A DNA stretch of 32,000 nucleotides, taken from contig NZ_CP080507.1 of NCBI RefSeq assembly GCF_019464535.1, forward strand, positions 690,001 through 722,000, given 5' to 3'. This DNA comes from Horticoccus luteus (GTDB lineage Bacteria > Verrucomicrobiota > Verrucomicrobiia > Opitutales > Opitutaceae). The position numbers were made by a program, and so were the translations under genes. Positions 9,391 through 17,300 of the stretch are shown in pieces (position 1 is the stretch's first letter; each line of letters begins with the position of its first letter). The notes beneath the pieces were generated by a model. It did not search any database and was not told the origin of the DNA. It saw nothing but the letters and a program-made list of their open reading frames with translations.

Positions 9391-9492
9391 ATGGGCAATC
9401 TGAAAAAGAAGCGGCGTCTTAAGATGTCGAAACACAAGCGCCGGAAGCGGCTTAAGTCGAACCGCCACAAGAAGCGCACGTGGCAGAAGTGA
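9391..9492 (+). CDS. 33-aa highly basic micro-protein, bS22-like (AURKAIP1/COX24-type small ribosomal protein)
   Basis: The ORF is ATG..TGA and encodes [33 protein letters not shown]. It is not in the supplied track because it is under 60 aa. From memory, it has the same length and the KKRR-x-[KR]-MSK-x-K-x-RK pattern of actinobacterial bS22 ([21 protein letters not shown]...). It has its own strong terminator 40 nt downstream. Confidence 0.6.
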
Positions 9493-9531
9493 CCGCGTCT
9501 GCGAGCGCTCAACATTTTGCGCTTTGACCGC

Positions 9532-9560
9532 ACCCGCCGCCTCCACGCGGCGGGTTTTTT
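9532..9560 (+). terminator. Rho-independent terminator after the bS22-like micro-ORF
   Basis: A 9-bp stem, acccgccgc (9532-9540) with gcggcgggt (9547-9555). The loop is 6 nt and the T-run spans 9555-9560. Confidence 0.75.
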
Positions 9561-9764
9561 GTGACTGCGAGGCCCGACGCGAGGCGGTCTTAAAGAATGA
9601 GTGAAAAGCCGGTGGGGCACCGGGGGGCTACCGGGTTTAGTCTTGCGCGATTCGAGGGCGGTGACGAGCGTGAAGACCCCGCTTGACCGAGCTTTTGTTG
9701 CCATCGTTTTGCTGCTTTTTGCCGCAAGGCATGGCGTCGAGGCCGCAGGTCCGACGGTGTTTTC

Positions 9765-10820
9765 ATGCTCTTCGCCACCAAGCCCAAAGGCTATTTTGTC
9801 GCGCGGAACGCCGATCAGGTGTTGCTCGCCCGGACGTCGAATCCGACTGAATCGCCTGTGACGATCGAGGCGTTGCGGAGCTGTGCGGCGGACGATGCCG
9901 CAGCGATGGCGGCGGCGCTGGGGGAATTGCAACCGAAGAAGGCGCCCAGCGGCTACTTGCACGCGGTCTGCGGCGTGCACCCGGAACGGCAGGTGATCCG
10001 ACGGGCGACCTTGGAGTTAAAGCGTGTGAAGGAGCCTGGCTATCTGGAAGAGGCATGCGCGACGCAGTTGCGCATCGAACCGAAGGATTACGTGCTGGCG
10101 GTGCTTAACGCCAACGACGGCAGCGACTATGATGTCGCGAAAGCCACCGGCAAAGAGGTGACGGTGTGCGGATTGCGGCACGATGACATCGCCACCACGC
10201 AGGAAGCGCTGCTGGCGGCGGGCATTTATCCGGAGCGGCTGGAGCTGGGGGCGGTGGCCGCGATCGGCGCATTGACGGACGTGTTGACGTTTGCCCATTC
10301 GAAGTCGCCCACGCTCTTGCTGGAATTTGGCGCGGAGATGACGAACTCGTTTATCGTGAGCGCGAACGGCCTCGAGGCGGCGCGGCCGATCGGGAGCGGA
10401 CTGCAGTCGATGGTCCCGATCGTGCAAAAGGAATTGGGTCTGAAGGACGAGGAGGCCGCGGCGAAGCTGTTTTACTCGGGCGCATTTGATTTCAGCGGCC
10501 TCGGACCGGCGTTGATTAAGAAGCTGCTGAAGGAATTACAGGCTTCGATCGGGTTTTACGAAGTGCAGACCGGCCAGTCCGTCGGGCAGTTGGTCTGCAC
10601 ACAGCTGCCGCCGGTGCTGGCGTGGTTGCAGGACGCCGTGGCCAACGCGCTGGGCGTGACGGTGCTGACGGTTGAGTTTGAGCCGTGGCTGCAGTCGCGG
10701 CGGATCGTGTTGCCGGAGACGTTGCGCGCGACGGTCACGGATACGCGTTGGTTGGGGTTGTTCGGATTAATGGCACGATTTGAAGGCGCCCATGCGGAAA
10801 ATTCTCCAGCGAAAGCCTAA
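9765..10820 (+). CDS. pilM: PilM-like actin-fold assembly protein (type IV pilus / T2SS-like alignment complex)
   Basis: The size is 351 aa. The central segment [52 protein letters not shown] matches the PilM pattern (lDiGa..T...v..g....R.i..GG......ia.....s..eAE..K). It is the first gene of an M-N-O-P-secretin order. Confidence 0.6.
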   Translation: MLFATKPKGYFVARNADQVLLARTSNPTESPVTIEALRSCAADDAAAMAAALGELQPKKAPSGYLHAVCGVHPERQVIRRATLELKRVKEPGYLEEACATQLRIEPKDYVLAVLNANDGSDYDVAKATGKEVTVCGLRHDDIATTQEALLAAGIYPERLELGAVAAIGALTDVLTFAHSKSPTLLLEFGAEMTNSFIVSANGLEAARPIGSGLQSMVPIVQKELGLKDEEAAAKLFYSGAFDFSGLGPALIKKLLKELQASIGFYEVQTGQSVGQLVCTQLPPVLAWLQDAVANALGVTVLTVEFEPWLQSRRIVLPETLRATVTDTRWLGLFGLMARFEGAHAENSPAKA

Positions 10821-11427
10821 GGCGGCGACTGCGCCCATGGTGCCGGCGTGGCACCCGAATTTCCGCGACTACGAACGTCTGCCGGACGTGAAAGTCGTGC
10901 GCACGGCGTTTCTCGTGAACGGCGCTGCGATCGTGGTGATGACGGCGCTCTTGTTGTGGGTGGCGTTCAACGAATACCATTTGCGGGACTTGCGCAGCCG
11001 GATCGAGGCGTGGGACGCGCAAATCCACCGGAACCGGGTCGCGAGTGCGCGCGCGGTGGCGCTCTATAAAAAGTTTCAAACGGATGAGGCGCGGCTGCGG
11101 GAGATCGACGCGTTCGTAAAATCGAAACCGGCGTTTTCGCCGTTGATGTTGCGATTGGGGGCGACGCTGCCGGCGACGATGGCCCTCGATGCCGTGACTT
11201 GGCGCGACGGCAGTTTGTCGCTGCGGGGCACGGTTCGAGGTTCGCCCGATGCGGCGAGCGGGTACGCGTCAGCTTACGTGGAGCGGTTGCGCACCGATGC
11301 GGAGTTGGGACCGCTGTTTGAAAGCGTCACCCTGACCAGTGTGGCGCGGCACGCAGTCACGGGCCGGCTGCTCGTGGAAATCGTGTTGGCCGGGAAGGGC
11401 ACCTCCAAGCCTGTGGCCAAGAAATAA
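10792..11427 (+). CDS. pilN: PilN-like bitopic membrane protein
   Basis: It has a short cytoplasmic N-terminus, one TM helix (FLVNGAAIVVMTALLLWVAF), a coiled segment, and then a ferredoxin-like C-terminal pattern (LDAVTWRDGSLSLRGTVRGS...YVERLR...FESVTLTSV). A GAAGG Shine-Dalgarno sequence lies 5 nt upstream of the ATG at 10792. The gene overlaps the end of pilM. Confidence 0.55.
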   Translation: MRKILQRKPKAATAPMVPAWHPNFRDYERLPDVKVVRTAFLVNGAAIVVMTALLLWVAFNEYHLRDLRSRIEAWDAQIHRNRVASARAVALYKKFQTDEARLREIDAFVKSKPAFSPLMLRLGATLPATMALDAVTWRDGSLSLRGTVRGSPDAASGYASAYVERLRTDAELGPLFESVTLTSVARHAVTGRLLVEIVLAGKGTSKPVAKK

Positions 11428-11428
11428 C

Positions 11429-12001
11429 ATGGCACTCACCGGACCCCAACTGCTGGCGGCGCTGAAAAAGCATCCCGTCGCCACTCTCGCCATCGCCGTT
11501 TCGATTGGTTGCGCGGCACTCCTTTATTTTCGCCAAGGCGACAGTGAGGCGCTGACGGCGGATCTGGAGCAAAAGACGCAGGAAGGCGAGCGGCTGGAGG
11601 CGAACATCAAAAATTCGACGCAGCTCACGGAGCAATCGGCGGCGTTGAGCGAGGCGATGAATGCGGTCGAAGGCCGGCTGATTCGTGCAGCGAACCTCGC
11701 GGATAACCTCCAATATTTTTACCGGCTCGAATCCGAAACCGGCGCCAAACTGATCGACTTGAAGCAAACGGGAGCGGAGTTGCCAGCGGTCAAGGGGCCG
11801 AAGCCGTTGTTTCAGCCGATCGGTTTCACGGTGGGATTGCGCGGGAGCTATGATCAGGTGCTTGAGTTTGTGCGCAAGGTGGAGAACGGCGCGCCATTTT
11901 CGCGCATCGTCGCCGCGACCGTCACGAGTCCGCCGGAGTCTCTCGACAAAGGCTCGTTCGTCACGCTCAGCCTCAACGTCGAACTGCTCGGATTGCCATG
12001 A
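11429..12001 (+). CDS. pilO: PilO-like bitopic membrane protein
   Basis: I take the ATG at 11429, 1 nt after the pilN-like stop. The protein has one TM helix (VATLAIAVSIGCAALLYF), a coiled coil, and then a PilO-like C-terminus (FQPIGFTVGLRGSYDQVLEFVRKVENGAPFSRIV). The upstream part of the track ORF (from 11339) overlaps the pilN-like gene and is discounted. Confidence 0.55.
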   Translation: MALTGPQLLAALKKHPVATLAIAVSIGCAALLYFRQGDSEALTADLEQKTQEGERLEANIKNSTQLTEQSAALSEAMNAVEGRLIRAANLADNLQYFYRLESETGAKLIDLKQTGAELPAVKGPKPLFQPIGFTVGLRGSYDQVLEFVRKVENGAPFSRIVAATVTSPPESLDKGSFVTLSLNVELLGLP

Positions 12002-12501
12002 GGATACGCTGGACTCTTCTTTTGCTGATCGCCCTCGCCGCGCGCACGGCGTTCGGCGCCGCGCGCGCTGATGTCCCGCCCCCGGCTGACCGGGCCCCCG
12101 TGATTGAGCTGGCGCGACGACTGGCGCAACCGCCCAAAGTCGAACCGCTGGCGGTGGATCTGCCGCAACCGTTTAACCCGCCCGGCTTCGACCTGCCGGA
12201 TCCCTCCGAACGCCGTCCGACGGCCGCGCCGGCCGCCGGCGAACCGGCCGCTCCCGTGACGGATCGGCAGGTGCTGGAAAAGATCGCGGCGCGCATCCGG
12301 CCCTCGGGCCTCGTGATCATCAACGGCGAATCGCTGCTCATCTTCGGCCAGAAGCGCCTGAAGGTCGGCGATCATCTGATCGTTACTCTCGATAAAACCG
12401 ACTACGACGTGGAAATCACCGCGATCGATTCGGCCGGCTACTCGCTCCGGCTAAATCGCGACGAAATCACGCGTTCCCTGAACCCCGGCCATACTCCATG
12501 A
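11998..12501 (+). CDS. PilP/GspC-HR-like periplasmic protein (signal peptide, Pro-rich linker, small beta domain)
   Basis: The signal peptide MRIRWTLLLLIALAARTAFGAA has no lipobox Cys. The C-terminal GLVIINGESLLIFGQKRLKVGDHLIVTLDKTDYDVEITAIDSAGYSLRL resembles the PilP/GspC secretin-contacting beta domain. ATGA overlaps occur with both neighbouring genes. Confidence 0.45.
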   Translation: MRIRWTLLLLIALAARTAFGAARADVPPPADRAPVIELARRLAQPPKVEPLAVDLPQPFNPPGFDLPDPSERRPTAAPAAGEPAAPVTDRQVLEKIAARIRPSGLVIINGESLLIFGQKRLKVGDHLIVTLDKTDYDVEITAIDSAGYSLRLNRDEITRSLNPGHTP

Positions 12502-14309
12502 GCTCACGTCCGCTCCTTACGACTCTCCTTGCCCTGACTGCCTTGTCGCTCTCGGCGCAGCCGGCGACGCCTGCGGCCACCCCGGTGACCCCGGTGGTGG
12601 TGACGCCTGCGCCCGCGCCCGTGCCGGTCAAAGTCATCCCGGCGTCGGCGCACCCCGTCGAAACGGTCACGATCAAGGAAACCGCGGCGGCCACCCCCGC
12701 CGTGAAATCCCGCGACGCAGCCGGCCACGATACGCTGTCCGTCGATTTTCCCGATACCGAGATTCGTGACATCCTGCGCAACGTCGCCGATCTGTTCGAA
12801 TTGAACGTCGTGATCCCCGATACGTTGCAGGGGAAGACTTCGATCAAGCTTCGCGACGTGTCGTGGCGCCAGATTTTCCAAGTTGTGCTCGCACCGGTGA
12901 ATTTCACCTACGTGGAGGATGGCAACATCATCAAAATCATCTCGCTTGATTCCCTTCAGCAGGAGCCGGTCGCGACCGAGGTGTTCATGCTCAACTACGC
13001 CCGGGCGTCCGACCTGCTCGCGTCCGTGTCGCCGCTGATCGACGCCGCCGCCGGCGGCCGCATCGTGGTCGATGCCCGCAGCAACAGTCTCGTCATCACC
13101 GAGCGGCCGTCGCGCATGAATCGCATCCGGCCGATCTTGGAGCAACTCGATCGGGCGACTGATCAGGTGATGATCGAGTCGAAGTTCGTCGAGGTGACCG
13201 ACCGCGACATCAAGAACATCGGCGTCAACTGGGCTTCGCTGGCCGGCTACAACATCACGGCGGGCGGCGCGGGGGAAAATGGCGCGTTTGGCAACGTCTC
13301 GCGCAGCCGCGGCCAGAGCACGCAAAATGGCAACTCGGGCAATACCGCGACGACCAGCGGCACCAATAACAGCAGCAGTTCCACCGGCACGAACGGCCAG
13401 TCCAACGGCGCCACGACCACGAACACCGTTACTTCAACGGGGGGCATCGTGACGTCCACCGGCACCACCAGCCTCAACACAGGCCTGACGGGCAGCACCA
13501 CGACGACGACCACCACGGGCACCACCGGCGCGGTCAACGACACCTTCAATGTCCTCCAGTCGCTCACCAACACCGGCGCCACCGACCGCGCGCTGTCGGC
13601 GGTGTTTTCGGCCGACCAATTCAAACTCGTGCTGAGCGCGTTGCAGAGCTTGAACACCACGAAGATCGTTTCGAACCCCACGATCGTCACGCTCAATAAC
13701 ACCGAAGCGTCCATCAACGTCGGTGAGGAGCGGCCGATTCCGAATTATTCCTACAGCGAGCAGAAGGGCACCTTCGAAGTCAGCGGGTTTACCTTCAAAC
13801 CGATCGGCGTGCTGCTCAAAGTCACCCCGCAGGTCAACGGACGCGGCTTCATCAAACTCAGTCTTTCCCCCGAAGTCAGTCAGCCCAACGGCAGCGTGGT
13901 CTTCGGTGGTGCGAGTGGCACGGAGATTCCGATCATCGCCACGCGCCGCGCGACCACGCAGGTCTCGCTGAAAGACGGTTACACGATGGGCATCGGCGGC
14001 CTGCTCACGCAGAACGCCAACACCGGCCAGACGAAAGTGCCCGTCCTCGGCTCGATCCCGCTCGTCGGGCGGCTTTTCCGCTCGGACAGCAAGGATGTGA
14101 CGACGAGCAATCTCATCATCTTCATCACCGCGAAAACGATCAGTGCTGACGGTGCGCCCGTTGAAGAAGTGTTCAGCTCGCAGCAAGTGCGGCAGTTGGA
14201 AATGAAGCGGGAAGACCTGCCGGGCTATCGCGACGGCGCGGATCCATTCGTGAAAACGATGACACCAGCCGAGGCAAAGGCGGCGAAGAAAGCCAAGCAG
14301 CAGCAATGA
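12498..14309 (+). CDS. pilQ: Outer-membrane secretin (PilQ/GspD family) with N0 (STN) and N1 domains and a low-complexity insertion
   Basis: Signal peptide, then STN/N0 (LSVDFPDTEIRDILRNVADLFELNVVIPD...IKLRDVSWRQIF) and an N1/NolW-like domain (VFMLNYARASDLLASV...IVVDARSNSLVITE). The secretin core is VMIESKFVEVTDRDIKNIGVNW, KIVSNPTIVTLNNTEASINVGEE and VPVLGSIPLVGRLFRS...NLIIFITAK. Confidence 0.9.
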   Translation: MSSRPLLTTLLALTALSLSAQPATPAATPVTPVVVTPAPAPVPVKVIPASAHPVETVTIKETAAATPAVKSRDAAGHDTLSVDFPDTEIRDILRNVADLFELNVVIPDTLQGKTSIKLRDVSWRQIFQVVLAPVNFTYVEDGNIIKIISLDSLQQEPVATEVFMLNYARASDLLASVSPLIDAAAGGRIVVDARSNSLVITERPSRMNRIRPILEQLDRATDQVMIESKFVEVTDRDIKNIGVNWASLAGYNITAGGAGENGAFGNVSRSRGQSTQNGNSGNTATTSGTNNSSSSTGTNGQSNGATTTNTVTSTGGIVTSTGTTSLNTGLTGSTTTTTTTGTTGAVNDTFNVLQSLTNTGATDRALSAVFSADQFKLVLSALQSLNTTKIVSNPTIVTLNNTEASINVGEERPIPNYSYSEQKGTFEVSGFTFKPIGVLLKVTPQVNGRGFIKLSLSPEVSQPNGSVVFGGASGTEIPIIATRRATTQVSLKDGYTMGIGGLLTQNANTGQTKVPVLGSIPLVGRLFRSDSKDVTTSNLIIFITAKTISADGAPVEEVFSSQQVRQLEMKREDLPGYRDGADPFVKTMTPAEAKAAKKAKQQQ

Positions 14310-14353
14310 ACGGCCGTCCCGGATCTCTTTCACTCTCAACCGAAGGTGTGACC

Positions 14354-17300
14354 ATGAAACCTTGGTGGAAACTTCTCTGCGGCGCAGCGCTGTCGGCGGC
14401 CCTCGCGCTGACTGGCTTCGCTCAATCGCAGTCCCCGATCAACGTCACGATCATCGGCATTGGCGTGAATGGCGTGCCGACCGCGCCAGCCAACGAACGC
14501 TCGGGACCCGCCGGCACGCCGATCGAAATCGAGGCGCAGGGCCTCGGCACCTCGATGATCACGAGCTTCACTTATTCAGCTTACGTGAACGGCGTGCATA
14601 TCGGCACTTCGCAAACCGCCATCAACCCGCCCAGCACGTTTATCGTCGAGTGGACGCCACCGGCACCGGGTGCGTATTTCATCACCGTCAAAATCGATGA
14701 CGGCACCAGCACCGCCACGTCGCTGCCGGTTCGCTACTTCGCGACCGGCACGACGGTGAACAGCCCAGTCGACGGCACGCTCGTCCCCGCGGGATCCTCC
14801 GTGGTTTTGAAAGCCGACGCCACCGGCGCCCAGGGTTTCGTGAAACAGGTGCAATTTTATGCCAACGGCGTGGCGATCGGCGCGGCGGATACGACCTATC
14901 CCTACTCGTTGATCTACACGCCCCAAGGCGCTGGCGGCACGAGCTACAGCATCACCGCCGTCGCCACCGACAACAATGGGGCAATGTTGAGCACCAGCCC
15001 GGCCATCACGCTCACCACCGTGACACCCATTCCGGCCCCGCCGACGAGCGTCATCAGCACGCCCGAAGATGGAGCCGTCATCGCGGTTCCCTCCGCGACC
15101 TCGCCGCTCGCGGTCGTGGTCGACGCCAACAGCAGCAGTGGTTTCGTGAGCAAAGTGGAACTGTATATCGACGGCGTGCTGTCGGATACGAAGACCACTT
15201 ATCCATATAAGTTCACGTGGACGCCGCAGGTCGTGGGCACGTATCACCTCGTGGCGTTGACCTATGACGACAAGAATAACGTCGTGGCTTCGAGCGCCGG
15301 CGTCGGCGGTGGCGCCACGCCGACCCCGACGACAGTCACGATCGCGGCCCCGCCGACCGTGACCATTTCCGCGCCGACGGCGAACAGCACCCTGACCAGC
15401 GGCACGCCCGTGCAGGTCAGCGCGACCGCCACGGATCCAGGCGGCCATGCGATCACCTCCGTGCAATTTTTCGTGGACAGTGAATTTGTGGGCGTGGTCA
15501 GCACCCCGAGCGCGGGATCGACCTACACGATCACGACGACGTTGTCGCAGAAAACATCGTCCGACGGCACGCCGATTCCCTCCAGCATCACCGCGCTGGC
15601 GACGAACAATGTCGGCCTCGCGACAATTTCGAGTGCCATCACGGTCAACGTGACGGCCGGCGGCGGCAGTGGCGGCGGCACCGTCATTGGCAATGCGCCG
15701 ACGGTCAGCGTCACCGCGCCCGTCGCCGCCACGCCACTCGCCGTCAACGTGCCGCACACCTTGGCGGCCAACGCGACCGACACCGATGGCAACATCGTGT
15801 CCGTGCAGTTTTTCGTGAACGGCACCTCGGTCGGCACGGTGAACACCTATCCCTACTCCCTTTCCTGGACGCCCGTCAGCTTGGGCGCGTACGCCATCAC
15901 CGCCGCGGCGACCGACAACGACGGCAACTCCGTCACGAGCAGCACAGTGAGCGTCAGCGTGGTCGACCCCAGCGCCAGCGCGCCGACGGTCGTGGTGACG
16001 AGTCCGGCCAACCTCGCCTCGATCGCGGTCAACGCACCGCAGACGCTGATTGCGAGCGCGACGGACGATGTCGCGATTTCGGGGGTGCAATTCTACGTGA
16101 ACGGTCAGCCGCAAGGGTTGCCGATCACCGCGTTTCCGTATGCCACCTCCTGGCTGCCCGCCTCACCCGGCACCTACGCGATCAAAGCGGTGGCGAGCGA
16201 TAACGTGGGCAACCAAACCACTTCGGCGACGAACGTCATCACCGTCACCGCGACGCCGCCGGCTTCAGCGGTCGTGGTCATTACGGCTCCATCCTCCGTG
16301 CCGACCATCTTTGTTAACAGCGCGCATACCGTGTCGGCGGACGCGGCGGTAGCCAATGGCAACATCGTTTCCGTACAGTTCTTCGCCAATGGAGCTCCGA
16401 TCGGCAACGTGAACAATTATCCGTATGCCGTAAGCTGGACGCCAGTCACACCCGGCACCTACGCCCTCACTGCGGTCGCCAAAGACAATCACGGCCTCCA
16501 AACGACTTCGCCCGATCAAGTCGTCACGGTCGTGGCTGGTTCGGCGCCAAGCGTTACGCTGGTCGCTCCTGCGGACGGCGCGAGCGTCGCGCTGGGCGGG
16601 ACACAGAACATTACGGCCAGCGCTAATGGGGGTTCCGCGAGCGTTGCGTCCGTGCAATTCTTCTTGAACGGTAACCTCCTTGGGGTCGCCACGAGCGCGC
16701 CTTACACGATCCAGTGGACGCCATTGACACTGGGAACTTACGCGTTGACCGCCGCCGTGACGGACACAAATGGACATACCGTCACGAGTGCGCCGATCTC
16801 TGCGACAGTGGTCGTGCCCAAGCCCTCGCTCGCGTTCACTCCTCCGACGAGCGTTACTGTCAATACCCTGCAAACACTGGTCGCTACCGCGACGCCGGTC
16901 GCCGGCACTTCCGTTACGCAAGTGGAGTTTTTTATTAACGGGGCTTCGGTCGGGGTCGACACGCTGGCGCCCTATACGATGCCTTGGACGCCGGCTGCCA
17001 CAGGCACCTATACACTCTCAGCTATTGCGACGGATAGTCTGGGCGGTCAGTCAGCACTTGTCTCGGTTCCGGTCAGCGTCGTCGCATTGCCGCGCATCGA
17101 CGTGGTCTCTCCCAATGGCGGCGCCACCTACGTGCTCGGCACTCCTACCGCTCTGGTTGCCAATGTAACCGTGGGCAGCGGCCTCGTGGCCGGCGTTTCA
17201 TTCTTCGTCAACGATGTCAACGTCACGCAAGGTGATGAACTGCTCGCGCCTGTCGCTCTTCAGGGCAGCGGGTCGCCTTTCTTTTCGCAAAATTGGCTCC

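Noticed and set aside
9384-9980. 198-aa minus-strand ORF spanning the addA / pilM-like intergenic region
   Set aside because: It runs antisense through the bS22-like micro-ORF, through a strong plus-strand terminator and into the pilM-like start. The translation is Arg-rich with no motifs.
14306-14353. Upstream extension of the giant ORF (the track start at 14306 overlaps the secretin stop)
   Set aside because: The ATG at 14354 has a GAAGG Shine-Dalgarno sequence at good spacing and immediately gives a canonical signal peptide. The 16 upstream codons (NGRPGSLSLSTEGVT) would bury it.
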